Positions 1-9,394 of a DNA stretch of 32,000 nucleotides are shown piece after piece. Numbering within the stretch: position 1 is the stretch's first letter; each line of letters opens with the position of its first letter. Both the position numbers and the translations under genes were made by a program. The notes beneath the pieces were generated by a model. The model was not told where the DNA came from, ran no database searches, and saw only the letters and a program-made list of their open reading frames with translations. The stretch comes from Mycobacterium leprae TN (GTDB lineage Bacteria > Actinomycetota > Actinomycetes > Mycobacteriales > Mycobacteriaceae): positions 240,001 to 272,000 of the forward strand of contig NC_002677.1 in assembly GCF_000195855.1 (NCBI RefSeq), read 5' to 3'.

Positions 1-236
1 CTATTTGGGTGCAACAAATCAACCGGCTGGTTGTCCGCTGTGGCTAGTGTCACGTCAAGGTGTCGCCGCGACCCACCGTACGTTACGCTCAAGACACGCC
101 CTGTGATGGATTGCTCTGACTTAAGTTTCGCTGGGTGGTGCGGCCTGTGGCCTGGCCAGTTTGGTGAGCAATAGGTCGCCAAACTATTATTTATTAACAG
201 CAATCGTTAATCTCAATCGAGGAGTAGGGGCCGATT

Positions 237-410
237 ATGGCTACACCTAAGCGCAGGATGTCGCGCGCGAACACCCGCAGCCGGCGCGCGCAGTGGAAGG
301 CTGCTCGGACCGAGCTTGTCGGTGTGACGGTGGCGGGTCAGCGGCACAAGGTGCCTCGCAGGCTACTCAAGGCGGCACGTCTTGGTCTTATCGACCTTGA
401 CCGGCGTTAA
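237..410 (+). CDS. rpmF: 50S ribosomal protein bL32
   Basis: 58-codon ORF, below the ORF-track cutoff, from ATG237 to TAA408-410. It translates to [57 protein letters not shown], which has the basic bL32-type N-terminus. GGAG lies about 12 nt upstream. Confidence 0.9.
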   Translation: MATPKRRMSRANTRSRRAQWKAARTELVGVTVAGQRHKVPRRLLKAARLGLIDLDRR

Positions 411-530
411 TCCTGATTCCACCGTTGCCGTGTAACGGGGTCGACGCACGCGTCGTTGACTGGAAAATTGCGATTCAACGCCAGCGATCCTTGCAAGTCG
501 CTCTCAGGCTCCGAGACCGAATTAGTAGCT

Positions 531-1217
531 GTGCGGATACTTGCCGTTGACGACGATCGGGCGGTGCGTGAGTCTCTGCGCCGGTCGTTGTCGTTCAATG
601 GTTATTCGGTCGAACTGGCCAACGACGGGGTCGAGGCGTTGGAGATGGTTGCCCGCGATAGGCCTGATGCTCTCGTTCTCGATGTCATGATGCCGCGCCT
701 GGACGGTTTAGAGGTCTGCCGTCAGCTCCGAAGTACCGGTGACGACCTGCCGATCCTGGTGCTAACCGCCCGCGATTCGGTCTCCGAACGGGTCGCCGGC
801 TTGGATGCCGGTGCCGACGACTACCTGCCCAAACCGTTCGCCCTCGAAGAACTGTTGGCGCGGATTCGGGCGCTGCTACGCCGCACCAAGCCCGATGACG
901 CTGCCGAGTCCGTGGCGATGAGTTTTTCCGACTTAACCCTGGACCCGGTGACCCGCGAAGTCGCCCGCGGACAACGCTGGATCAGTCTGACCCGTACCGA
1001 ATTCGCGTTGTTGGAAATGCTGATCGCTAATCCGCGGCGGGTACTTACACGCAGCCGCATCCTCGAAGAGGTGTGGGGATTTGATTTTCCGACCTCCGGC
1101 AATGCACTGGAAGTCTATGTCGGGTATTTGCGCCGCAAAACCGAGGCCGATGGTGAGTCACGGCTAATCCACACTGTACGTGGAGTGGGCTATGTATTAA
1201 GGGAGACGCCGCCCTGA
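531..1217 (+). CDS. mprA: OmpR/PhoB-family response regulator MprA
   Basis: Lies in ORF-track frame 456..1217. Has a receiver domain ([21 protein letters not shown]) and a winged-helix C-terminus ([21 protein letters not shown]). I placed the start at in-frame GTG531, giving 228 aa; the TTG456 extension looks non-homologous. The TGA stop shares its A with the mprB ATG. Confidence 0.92.
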   Translation: MRILAVDDDRAVRESLRRSLSFNGYSVELANDGVEALEMVARDRPDALVLDVMMPRLDGLEVCRQLRSTGDDLPILVLTARDSVSERVAGLDAGADDYLPKPFALEELLARIRALLRRTKPDDAAESVAMSFSDLTLDPVTREVARGQRWISLTRTEFALLEMLIANPRRVLTRSRILEEVWGFDFPTSGNALEVYVGYLRRKTEADGESRLIHTVRGVGYVLRETPP

Positions 1218-2776
1218 TGGTTCGGTTTGCCTGGCGCCGGCGCGCATCGTTGCGAGCCACCAGTTCTTTATCCCTGCGGTGGAGGGTAATGCTCCTGGCA
1301 ATGTCCATGGTGGCGATGGTCGTCGTCTTGATGGCATTCGCTGTCTACGTTGTGATCTCGGCGGCGCTGTACAGCGATATCGATAATCAACTGCAGAGCA
1401 GGGCGCAGTTGCTGATCGCTAGTGGTTCGTTGGCAGCCGACCCTGGCAAGGCCATCGAGGGCACTGCCTACTCGGATGTCAACGCCATGTTGGTGAACCC
1501 GGGCCACTCGATTTACACGGCCAATCAGCCGGGTCAGACTCTTCCTGTCGGAACGGCAGAGAAAGCTGTCATCCGTGGTGAGCTGTTCATGTCGCAACGT
1601 ACTGCATCGGACCAACGCATACTCGCCATCCACCTGCCCAACGACAGTTCGCTGCTGATCTCTAAGAGCTTGCGGCCAACCGAAGCTGTCATGACCAAGC
1701 TGCGCTGGGTGCTTTTGATTGTCGGAAGCCTCGGCGTCGCGGTTGCCGCGGTGGCCGGGGGGATGGTTACTCGGGCGGGGCTGCGTCCGGTGGGGCGTCT
1801 GACCGAAGCGGCCGAGCGAGTGGCGCGTACCGACGACCTGCGGCCCATCCCGGTGTTCGGCAGTGACGAATTGGCCAGGCTCACTGAGGCATTCAACTTG
1901 ATGTTGCGGGCATTGGCCGAATCTCGGGAACGCCAGGCACGGCTGGTAACCGACGCCGGACATGAGTTGCGCACCCCGTTGACCTCGCTGCGCACCAACG
2001 TTGAACTGCTGATCGCCTCGATGGCTCCCGAAGCGCCGCGGCTACCTGACCAGGAGATGGCGGATCTGCGTGCCGATGTACTCGCGCAGATTGAAGAATT
2101 GTCCACGCTGGTAGGTGATTTGGTGGACCTCACTAGAGACGACGCTGGGCAGGTGGTGCACGAGCCGATCGACATGTCCGAGGTCCTTTACCGCAGTCTG
2201 GAGCGGGTCAGGCGGCGGCGCAACGATATTCACTTTGACGTCCAGGCGATCGGATGGCAGATTTATGGTGATGCCGCTGGTCTGTCGCGTGCGGTGCTGA
2301 ATCTTATGGACAACGCGGCCAAGTGGAGCCCGTCGGGTGGCCGCGTCGTCGTAACGATGCGCCAGTTCGACCCGTCGCACGTTGAGCTGGTGGTTTCCGA
2401 CTACGGTCCGGGGATTCCGCCGCAAGAACGCCGGCTGGTGTTCGAGCGCTTCTACCGATCGACGACTGCACGGTCGTTGCCGGGTTCGGGCCTTGGGTTG
2501 GCGATCGTCAAACAGGTGGTTATCAACCACGGAGGTTTGCTTCGCGTCGAAGACACCGCGCCGGGAGTGCAACCCCCGGGCACGTCGATTTACGTGCTTC
2601 TACCCGGACGCCCGATGCCGGTTTCAGCGTACTCCACGCTCGCGGACCAGGACATGGGCGAAGCCAATTTCCAGGACAAGATCGGCCCAGCCGTGCAGGT
2701 TTCCGGTAAGTCGGCGAACTTTCGGGATTCAGCGCACGTTATCTCAGTGGACTATCAGTCCGCGCGGGCAAGGTAG
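1217..2776 (+). CDS. mprB: Two-component sensor histidine kinase MprB
   Basis: 519 aa. Has two hydrophobic segments flanking an extracytoplasmic loop, a HAMP-like linker, the H-box HELRTPLTSL and ATPase boxes (MDNAAKW, DYGPGI, GSGLGLAIV). Translationally coupled to mprA through an ATGA overlap. Confidence 0.93.
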   Translation: MVRFAWRRRASLRATSSLSLRWRVMLLAMSMVAMVVVLMAFAVYVVISAALYSDIDNQLQSRAQLLIASGSLAADPGKAIEGTAYSDVNAMLVNPGHSIYTANQPGQTLPVGTAEKAVIRGELFMSQRTASDQRILAIHLPNDSSLLISKSLRPTEAVMTKLRWVLLIVGSLGVAVAAVAGGMVTRAGLRPVGRLTEAAERVARTDDLRPIPVFGSDELARLTEAFNLMLRALAESRERQARLVTDAGHELRTPLTSLRTNVELLIASMAPEAPRLPDQEMADLRADVLAQIEELSTLVGDLVDLTRDDAGQVVHEPIDMSEVLYRSLERVRRRRNDIHFDVQAIGWQIYGDAAGLSRAVLNLMDNAAKWSPSGGRVVVTMRQFDPSHVELVVSDYGPGIPPQERRLVFERFYRSTTARSLPGSGLGLAIVKQVVINHGGLLRVEDTAPGVQPPGTSIYVLLPGRPMPVSAYSTLADQDMGEANFQDKIGPAVQVSGKSANFRDSAHVISVDYQSARAR

Positions 2777-2843
2777 TTGGCAGTTACTGTATTAAAAAGT
2801 CGGCCCGCATGAAGCCGACATAGAGGAAGAGCGACTTAGCGAC

Positions 2844-4202
2844 ATGACGAATCACCCGAGGTATTCGCCACCGCCGCAGCAGCCGGGATACCGTAGCGCG
2901 CCTAATCAGCCTGTGTCATCCTCGTACACCGAGGAGCAGCAGCCGTACCACCAACAACAAGTCGATTGGTGCTATCAGCAGTCGCCCTCGTTGCAGCAGT
3001 ATCACCGACCCTATGAGCCATTTGGTGGTGCGGGTACGGTCCCGTTGCAGTCGATGATTCCGCCCGGTCGGGTAGCCGACAGGCGTCCTCGCGCAGGCAT
3101 GTTGGCTGTTAGTGCGCTAGCGATAGCAGTGGTGTCGGCTGGTATCGGCGGCGTGGCGGCTACGGTTGTTGCGCTGGGCACGCGCGTCGCGGGCGGCAAC
3201 GGTGCTGGCCCGGTAACCGGGCCGGCTGCCAGCGTTCCGGCGGCGAACATGCCGTCGGGCAGCGTCGAACAAGTTGCCGTTAAGGTAGTGCCCAGTGTCG
3301 TCATGCTGGAGACCGATTTGGGTCGTCAGTCCGAGGAGGGTTCCGGCGTCATCTTGTCGGCCGATGGGTTGATCTTGACCAACAACCACGTCGTCGCGGT
3401 TGCCGCCAAACCAGGGGGTGGTCCTGGTGGTGGTCTGTCGCCGAAAACCACTGTGACCTTCTTCGATGGCCGCACCGCGTCGTTCACGGTGGTCGGAGCC
3501 GATCCCACTAGCGATATTGCTGTGGTTCGGGTGCAGAGTATTTCCGGACTGACCCCGATTACGATGGGCTCTTCCGCAGATCTGCGGGTGGGTCAGCCGG
3601 TGGTGGCTGTCGGCTCACCGCTGGGTTTGGCGGGCACGGTGACCAGCGGGATCGTCAGTGCGCTTAACCGGCCCGTGTCGACGACCGGCGAATCGGGCAA
3701 CCAAAATACGGTGCTGGACGCGATTCAGACCGATGCGGCTATCAACCCGGGTAATTCCGGTGGTGCGCTGGTCAACATGGGCGGTCAGTTGGTGGGAGTC
3801 AACTCTGCTATTGCCACACTCGGCGCTGATTCGGGTGATGCACAGAGCGGCTCGATCGGGCTTGGCTTCGCGATTCCCGTCGACCAAGCCAAGCGCATCG
3901 CTGACGAGTTAATCAGCACTGGCAAAGCGACACATGCGTCGCTGGGTGTACAGGTGGCCACCGACAAAGGCACCCCGGGCGCCAAAGTTATGGACGTCGT
4001 GGCCGGTGGTGCGGCCGCGAATGCCGCCGTTCCCAAGGGGGTCGTTCTCACTAAGGTCGACGACCGCCTGATCAGTAGCGCCGACGCGTTGGTCGCTGCC
4101 GTGCGGTCCAAGGCACCCGGTGACAAAGTGTCGCTGACCTATCAGGATCAGTCTGGTAGCAGTCGCACGGTTCAGGTCACACTCGGCAAGGCGGAACAGT
4201 AA
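2844..4202 (+). CDS. pepD: HtrA-like serine protease PepD (S1C protease plus PDZ)
   Basis: 452 aa. Has a Pro/Gln-rich N-terminus, one TM segment, a catalytic-triad context (TNNHV, DIAVV, GNSGGAL) and a C-terminal PDZ-like region. It follows mprAB, as in the mycobacterial mprA-mprB-pepD locus. Confidence 0.9.
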   Translation: MTNHPRYSPPPQQPGYRSAPNQPVSSSYTEEQQPYHQQQVDWCYQQSPSLQQYHRPYEPFGGAGTVPLQSMIPPGRVADRRPRAGMLAVSALAIAVVSAGIGGVAATVVALGTRVAGGNGAGPVTGPAASVPAANMPSGSVEQVAVKVVPSVVMLETDLGRQSEEGSGVILSADGLILTNNHVVAVAAKPGGGPGGGLSPKTTVTFFDGRTASFTVVGADPTSDIAVVRVQSISGLTPITMGSSADLRVGQPVVAVGSPLGLAGTVTSGIVSALNRPVSTTGESGNQNTVLDAIQTDAAINPGNSGGALVNMGGQLVGVNSAIATLGADSGDAQSGSIGLGFAIPVDQAKRIADELISTGKATHASLGVQVATDKGTPGAKVMDVVAGGAAANAAVPKGVVLTKVDDRLISSADALVAAVRSKAPGDKVSLTYQDQSGSSRTVQVTLGKAEQ

Positions 4203-4224
4203 CAATTAATAATCGAGAGCTACC

Positions 4225-4770
4225 GTGTTAGTCGATAAGCAATTGTCCGAGCTCGGATATACGGTTGCACCCATGGAGAAGGGTGTCGAGTTGGTAGTCG
4301 GACGTGCACTTATTGTCGTTGTCGACGATCGCACCGCGCATGGGGATGAGGACCACAGCGGGCCGCTGGTCACTGAGCTGTTGACCGAGGCCGGGTTCGT
4401 CGTTGATGGTGTGGTGGCGGTGGCGGCTGACGAGGTCGAGATACGCAACGCGTTGAACACTGCAGTGATCGGTGGGGTGGACCTAGTGGTCTCGGTCGGC
4501 GGAACCGGTGTTACACCACGTGACGTCGCTCCAGAGGCCACCCGCGAGATTCTGGATCGGGAAATTCTAGGTATTGCCGAAGCCATCCGTGCTTCGGGGC
4601 TGTCCGCGGGAATCACCGACGCCGGATTGTCGCGTGGTCTAGCTGGTGTTTCGGGCAGTACGTTGGTGGTAAACCTCGCCGGCTCCCGTTATGCGGTGCG
4701 CGACGGAATGGCTACATTGAATCCGCTGGCCACCCAGATCATTGGGCAATTATCGAGTCTGGAAATCTAG
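4225..4770 (+). CDS. moaB2: MoaB/MogA-fold molybdopterin biosynthesis-like protein MoaB2
   Basis: 181 aa with GTG start. Carries the MoCF-biosynthesis-fold signature VSVGGTGVTPRD and lies directly after pepD. Confidence 0.85.
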   Translation: MLVDKQLSELGYTVAPMEKGVELVVGRALIVVVDDRTAHGDEDHSGPLVTELLTEAGFVVDGVVAVAADEVEIRNALNTAVIGGVDLVVSVGGTGVTPRDVAPEATREILDREILGIAEAIRASGLSAGITDAGLSRGLAGVSGSTLVVNLAGSRYAVRDGMATLNPLATQIIGQLSSLEI

Positions 4771-4786
4771 GCTGGCGCCGCTGCGG

Positions 4787-5251
4787 TCATGTGTCTGCGC
4801 GAGGTTCGTGGTTTGGGGTTGGCGTCAGATCGGCTGTATCGACGTGCCTGCCGGACGGAGCCCCGTTACTTTGGGCGAGAAGATCACGGATTTCGGCGAG
4901 TAGGACAACTTGGTTCCCGATTAGGTCGGTGTCGAATTGTTCGACCTCACCATGCTTGCGTATCGTGGTGTAGGGCAACACGACCAGGAAATACACTACC
5001 AAAGCGATCAGCAAGAAGTTGATCGCGGCCGAGAGCACGATGTTCAAGTCGATGGCCTGATCTCCCCCTATGTCGATCCTCAAGGGGCTGATATTGGTTT
5101 GTTGGTTGACGCCGACCCGATTGATCAATGGCGTGATGATGCTGTCGGTGAACTTGGTTATCAACGCGGTGAACGCGGTACCGATAACCACCGCTACGGC
5201 CAGGTCGACGATATTGCCTCGTGAGAGAAACTCCTTGAACCCTCTGAACAT
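4787..5251 (-). CDS. mscL: Large-conductance mechanosensitive channel
   Basis: 154 aa. Has the canonical MscL N-terminus [27 protein letters not shown] and a second TM helix. Confidence 0.95.
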   Translation of the reverse strand: MFRGFKEFLSRGNIVDLAVAVVIGTAFTALITKFTDSIITPLINRVGVNQQTNISPLRIDIGGDQAIDLNIVLSAAINFLLIALVVYFLVVLPYTTIRKHGEVEQFDTDLIGNQVVLLAEIRDLLAQSNGAPSGRHVDTADLTPTPNHEPRADT

Positions 5252-5290
5252 GGGAGGTCCTTTCTGGGCTGGACAACAGCTTGCTGTGTG

Positions 5291-5990
5291 TCATGTGTTG
5301 AGCGATTGCCAGGCATTCAGTTGCAGGGTCAAAGTCACCATCTAACCGAGCGTTGAGCCTGCCACCGTGTTCGCCACGTGAACCGGAAGCGCCACTAACA
5401 CTACGCTGTTGGCGTTATGCTGCCTGGACTTTACTGCTTGGCAACCACGAGAACCACTACGGCGTCGTTGCCCACTATTTTGCTGACTGCCGGCGTGGCA
5501 TTGTCCGGCGCAGCCAGCACATCTACCACCTCGCCGACCCGGACCAGGTCGATCAGAGCGCTGTTCGCCAGATGTAGCGGAACGATACGGGCGACTGGCC
5601 CGACCGTCGACTCGGCCAGACGTGTCCCCCAGAACCGGACATCGATGAGTACTTCGCCGTGCCGCATGGGACTGGCCAGCGTCGACCCGACCACTGAGCC
5701 TAGGTCGGCTTGAGAAGCATCGGGAACCGTTGCGTTGTAGCCAAACCCTTTTCGTGCTGAACATCGTTGGGAGTCAACACGGTTCCCAACTGCGGGTCGG
5801 GCGCAGCAACCACCACCTCGGTACGATTGCCGTCTGGATTCGATCGCAGCGCTGTAATTCTGGCTAGCATGACCAACCCGCCGCCGGCGATTCGGCAAGT
5901 CAGCACGGACCCGGCTCCTAATCCAAGCCTATTCGGTCGGATATCCGACCGAATAGGCTTGGATTCAATGATGATTCTCTCACGCTGCAT
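5291..5990 (-). pseudogene. Decayed SAF-domain membrane protein gene (Rv0990c-like)
   Basis: One protein is split over three minus-strand frames. ORF 5700..5990 reads ...GGLVMLARITALRSNPDGNRTEVVVAAPDPQLGTVLTPNDV. ORF 5431..5898 reads ...SQADLGSVVGSTLASPMRHGEVLIDVRFWGTRLAESTVGPVARIVPLHLANSALIDLVRVGEVVDVL...VVAKQ*. ORF 5342..5764 reads ...SVVLVALPVHVANTVAGSTLG*, followed in frame by MVTLTLQ. Joining them needs two frameshifts and read-through of an in-frame TAG. Confidence 0.7.
5920..5965. repeat. Perfect 46-bp palindrome (23-bp arms, no spacer)
   Basis: aatccaagcctattcggtcggat|atccgaccgaataggcttggatt. I checked it base by base. Both ORF-track translations crossing it (+ ...NPSLFGRISDRIGLD..., - ...ESKPIRSDIRPNRLGLG...) confirm it. 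Confidence 0.95.
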
Positions 5991-6048
5991 CGGTAAGCGC
6001 AGTGCAGCGCCGGCGATGCTTGGTCAGAAACGTCTTGTAGATAACCGG

Positions 6049-6348
6049 CTAGCTCGGAGCGGTCGCGACGGCAGGCGCAGAGGAGCTGTTTGATTTATCG
6101 CTAGATCCCGAACTCGATCCCGAATCGCTCTTCGAAGACCCGTTGCTTGAACTGTTCGATTTCTCACCTGATTCGCGGCTATCGGTGCGGTAGAAGCCAC
6201 TGCCCTTGAACACCACGCCGACGGAGTTGAATAGTTTCCGCAGCCGACCGGAGCACTTTTCGCAAGTGGTCAGGGCATCATCGGTGAAGGCTTGCACAAC
6301 GTCGAAGCGGTTAGTGCACTCGGTACACTCGTAGCTGTAGGTCGGCAC
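6049..6348 (-). CDS. FmdB-family zinc-ribbon protein with Ser-rich tail (Rv0991c-like; described in M. tuberculosis as the chaperone Ruc)
   Basis: 99 aa from GTG6348, preceded by GGAGG-N5. Reads VPTYSYECTECTNRFDVVQAFTDDALTTCEKCSGRL, with a CxxC...CxxC zinc ribbon. The C-terminal tail is low-complexity and rich in S, G, D and K. The 233-aa ORF-track version is an upstream over-extension. Confidence 0.85.
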   Translation of the reverse strand: MPTYSYECTECTNRFDVVQAFTDDALTTCEKCSGRLRKLFNSVGVVFKGSGFYRTDSRESGEKSNSSSNGSSKSDSGSSSGSSDKSNSSSAPAVATAPS

Positions 6349-6375
6349 AAAAACCTCCGGGTAGTATCGTCTAGT

Positions 6376-6402
6376 CTGGCACTCTACCGTGCCAAGTGCT
6401 AG
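6376..6402 (-). promoter_or_regulatory. CIRCE-like inverted repeat (candidate HrcA operator)
   Basis: The sense strand reads CTAGCACTT-GGCACGGTA-GAGTGCCAG. The consensus is TTAGCACTC-N9-GAGTGCTAA. That is 14 of 18 matches with the exact 9-nt spacer. The site ends 27 nt upstream of the GTG of the zinc-ribbon gene. Confidence 0.6.
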
Positions 6403-6422
6403 AATCACCATAGTGATAGTGG

Positions 6423-7016
6423 TTATTCGCTGTTCGGTAATGCGATCACTCCACGCTCGGGCGTAACCGCATGGGTCATTCGGACGTCGTGTGGCTCCGA
6501 TGGCAACTCGTTGAGTAACTCGGTATCCCGTACCAGCGCGATCAGCAGGGTATGCGGATCCCGTCCTGCCAGGGACCGGTCGTAGAAGCCGCCACCTCGA
6601 CCTAACCGTACGCCGTGGTGGTCGACTGCCAGCGCCGGGACAAGCACCAGGTTGGCCTCGGCTAAGGCCGACTCGGGCAGCCGAAGCTCGGGTGGTTCGA
6701 GCAACCCCCAAGGCCCGGAGGTCAGTCCACCGGGCCGGTACTCGCCCCATTGCAGCGGTAGTGGAATCTCATCATCGCCAGTACGCGCTACTGGCAGTAA
6801 AACTCGTCCCGTCTTGCGGAGCAACACATCCAGCATCTCAATAGCGCCCGGCTCGGTGCCTACCGGCACGTACGCGCAGACCGTGCTGGCACTGTTCACC
6901 AGCAGCTCCAGGTGCTGGCTGAGCATCTTGGTCTCGGCGGCTCGAATGTCGTCGGCAACGCTGCGCCGGGCAGCCAGCAGTTGTTTCCGTAACGTGGCCT
7001 TGCTCGCGGTCACCAT
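6423..7016 (-). CDS. 5-formyltetrahydrofolate cyclo-ligase
   Basis: Lies in ORF-track frame 6423..7067. I placed the start at ATG7016 (MVTASKATLRKQLLAARR), giving 197 aa. Has the family motif RLGRGGGFYDR. Confidence 0.85.
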   Translation of the reverse strand: MVTASKATLRKQLLAARRSVADDIRAAETKMLSQHLELLVNSASTVCAYVPVGTEPGAIEMLDVLLRKTGRVLLPVARTGDDEIPLPLQWGEYRPGGLTSGPWGLLEPPELRLPESALAEANLVLVPALAVDHHGVRLGRGGGFYDRSLAGRDPHTLLIALVRDTELLNELPSEPHDVRMTHAVTPERGVIALPNSE

Positions 7017-7093
7017 GCGTTCAACGATGCCACCCTCAGCTTTCGCGTCGCCACATCGAGTCGGCAAATCCGGTGCACGTTATCGTGTGAACG

Positions 7094-8014
7094 ATGTCAC
7101 TCCTCCTAAGCGCGCAAGTCCCGATCCCATTCACTGCGATCGTTCCTGCGGCCGGTCTGGGCACTCGTTTCTTGCCAGCAACCAAAACGGTGCCCAAAGA
7201 GCTACTACCCGTCGTCGACACCCCCGGTATCGAGTTGGTTGCAGCCGAGGCCGCTGCGGCCGGGGCCGAACGTCTGGTGATTGTCACCTCCGAAGGCAAG
7301 GATGGGGTGGTCGCTCATTTCGTCCAAGACTTGGTGCTAGAGGGCACGCTGTTGGCACGCGGCAACAAAGCCATGTTAGCCAAGGTGCGTCGTGCGCCGG
7401 AGTTAATCAAAGTGGAATCCGTCGTGCAGGCTGAGCCGCTAGGACTGGGACATGCTATCGGCTGCGCGGAGCCCACACTGGCGCCGGATGAGGATGCTGT
7501 GTCGGTGTTGCTGCCCGATGACTTGGTATTGCCGACTGGCGTGCTGGAGACGATGTCGAAGGTGCGGGCCAGCCGCGGCGGTACAGTGTTGTGTGCCATC
7601 GAGGTGGCATCAGAAGAGATCAGCTCATACGGGGTTTTCGACGTCGAGCCGGTTCCCGGCGGGGACAATCCTAACGTGTTGAAGGTTATCGGCATGGTGG
7701 AAAAGCCCAAAGCCGAAGATGCTCCTTCGACGTTCGCGGCAGCCGGTCGCTATGTGCTTGATCGCGCAATTTTCGATGCGTTGCGTCGCGTCAGTCGTGG
7801 CACAGGCGGCGAGGTGCAGATCACCGATGCGATCGCGTTGCTAATCAAGGAGGGCCATCCGGTCCACGTAGTGGTGCATCGCGGATCTCGACACGACTTG
7901 GGAAATCCCGGCGGCTACCTGAAAGCTGCGGTTGACTTTGCGTTGGATCGTGACGATTATGGCCCGGATTTGCGGCGGTGGTTGGTGGAGCGATTGGGTT
8001 TAATCGAGCAGTAG
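7094..8014 (+). CDS. galU: UTP--glucose-1-phosphate uridylyltransferase
   Basis: 306 aa. Has the nucleotidyltransferase motif PAAGLGTRFLPATKTVPKELLPV and aligns over its full length with my memory of mycobacterial GalU. Confidence 0.93.
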   Translation: MSLLLSAQVPIPFTAIVPAAGLGTRFLPATKTVPKELLPVVDTPGIELVAAEAAAAGAERLVIVTSEGKDGVVAHFVQDLVLEGTLLARGNKAMLAKVRRAPELIKVESVVQAEPLGLGHAIGCAEPTLAPDEDAVSVLLPDDLVLPTGVLETMSKVRASRGGTVLCAIEVASEEISSYGVFDVEPVPGGDNPNVLKVIGMVEKPKAEDAPSTFAAAGRYVLDRAIFDALRRVSRGTGGEVQITDAIALLIKEGHPVHVVVHRGSRHDLGNPGGYLKAAVDFALDRDDYGPDLRRWLVERLGLIEQ

Positions 8015-8101
8015 CCTGGCTACCAGACCCCAGTAGCCGGCCATGGCGGGCCCGGCTTGCCCGACATTGTGCCCGGGTAGGGGGGGCAGAAAGGCGCTTT
8101 T

Positions 8102-9376
8102 GTGCGTTCTGTGGAAGAGCAGCAGGCCCGGATATTGGCCGCCGCGGTAGTCCCACGGCCAGTACGTGTCGCCATTGCCGAGGCACAGGGATTGATGTGC
8201 GCCGAAGAAGTGATGACCGAACGGCCACTGCCTGGTTTCGACCAGGCGGCGATTGATGGCTACGCGGTACGTAGCGTCGACGTCTCGGGTATCGGTGAGT
8301 CGGATGGAGGTGAATCCGGTTCATCCGATGAGGATGGGCGTTATGTGCTGACCTTGCCGGTGATGGGAACCATCGAGGCTGGTGCGCGCACACCCAGCAG
8401 GCTGCTGCCCCACCAGGCTGTCCGAGTGCAGACTGGGGCACCGCTGCCGGTGCTGGCCGATGCAGTTCTGCCGGTGCGGTGGACCGACGGCGGGATGTCG
8501 CGCGTGCGGATTCTGCGTGGCGCGCCGTCGGGTGCCTATGTACGGCGTGTGGGCGATGATGTGCAGCCCGGGGACGTCGCCGTGCGTGCCGGAACAATCA
8601 TCGGGGCTGCCCAGGTGGGGCTGCTAGCGGCGGTCGGCCGCGAACGAGTACTGGTGCACCCGCGGCCACGGCTGTCAATAATGGCCGTAGGTGGGGAACT
8701 GGTCGACATCTCGCGTACTCCAGGCAACGGACAGGTGTACGACGTTAACTCCTATGCATTGACCGCGGCCGGCCGTGATGCTGGTGCGGAGGTGAACCGC
8801 ATCGGCATCGTCAGCAACAACCTGAAGGAGTTCGGCGAAGTTGTTGAGGGCCAGATCAGCCGAGCCGAAGTCGTGGTGATCGCCGGAGGAGTCGGGGGGG
8901 CGGCGGCCGAGGCGGTGCGGGCAGTGCTCTCGGAGATAGGCGAGATGGAGGTCGTTCGCGTCGCCATGCATCCTGGCTCCGTCCAGGGCTTCGGGCAGCT
9001 GGGTCGCGAGGGCGTTCCGACATTTCTGCTGCCGGCCAATCCGGTTAGCGCCCTGGTGGTTTTCGAAGTAATGGTTCGGCCGTTGATCCGGTTGTCGCTG
9101 GGCAAGCGCCAGCCGATGCGCCGGATCGTGCAGGCCCGAACGCTATCGCCGATCACTTCGGTGGCCGGGCGCAAAGGTTACTTGCGCGGTCAGTTGATGC
9201 GGGATCAGGACACCGGTGAATACCTGGTGCAAGCACTTGGTGGCGCTCTTGGTGCGTCGTCGCATTTGCTGGCGACGCTTGCCGAAGCAAACTGTCTGGT
9301 AGTGATTCCCAGTGGCGCCGAGCAGATTCGTACCGGTGAGGTCGTCGACGTTGCTTTCCTTGCTCAGCGCGGCTAA
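8102..9376 (+). CDS. moeA1: MoeA-family molybdopterin molybdenumtransferase (MoeA1; actinobacterial Glp ortholog position)
   Basis: 424 aa with GTG start. Shows MoeA N-terminal, MoCF-biosynthesis and C-terminal domain architecture (PGFDQAAIDGYAV; VVVIAGGVGG...; PGNPVSALV-like LPANPVSALVVF). Confidence 0.9.
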   Translation: MRSVEEQQARILAAAVVPRPVRVAIAEAQGLMCAEEVMTERPLPGFDQAAIDGYAVRSVDVSGIGESDGGESGSSDEDGRYVLTLPVMGTIEAGARTPSRLLPHQAVRVQTGAPLPVLADAVLPVRWTDGGMSRVRILRGAPSGAYVRRVGDDVQPGDVAVRAGTIIGAAQVGLLAAVGRERVLVHPRPRLSIMAVGGELVDISRTPGNGQVYDVNSYALTAAGRDAGAEVNRIGIVSNNLKEFGEVVEGQISRAEVVVIAGGVGGAAAEAVRAVLSEIGEMEVVRVAMHPGSVQGFGQLGREGVPTFLLPANPVSALVVFEVMVRPLIRLSLGKRQPMRRIVQARTLSPITSVAGRKGYLRGQLMRDQDTGEYLVQALGGALGASSHLLATLAEANCLVVIPSGAEQIRTGEVVDVAFLAQRG

Positions 9377-9394
9377 GCGATCCGACTGCACGCT

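Noticed and set aside
500-520. TCTCAGGCTCCGAGA imperfect repeat just upstream of mprA, considered as an MprA autoregulatory box.
   Set aside because: I cannot reproduce the published MprA-box consensus reliably from memory, and the motif overlaps the likely 5' UTR. Not called.
456-530. 25-codon TTG-initiated N-terminal extension of mprA in the ORF track.
   Set aside because: The extension ([25 protein letters not shown]) precedes the receiver domain and has no response-regulator similarity. GTG531 gives the 228-aa length I recall for MprA.
6349-6750. Upstream 134 codons of ORF 6049..6750 (233 aa).
   Set aside because: It overlaps the 3' end of the cyclo-ligase gene in another frame and is Arg/Gly/Pro-rich. 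The zinc-ribbon homology begins exactly at a GTG with a GGAGG RBS.
6652-7434. 260-aa plus-strand ORF.
   Set aside because: It is antisense to the cyclo-ligase gene, runs into galU in another frame, and has Ser/Arg/Gly-rich composition typical of GC-rich shadow ORFs.
8080-8086. G7 homopolymer in the galU-moeA1 spacer, considered as a phase-variation tract.
   Set aside because: Short for slipped-strand switching, and there is no evidence of an associated promoter spacer. A second G7 at 8894-8900 is simply Gly codons inside moeA1.
7845-8597. 250-aa minus-strand ORF.
   Set aside because: It is antisense to the galU 3' end and the moeA1 5' end. Its Arg/Pro/His/Ala-rich low-complexity translation marks it as a shadow ORF.
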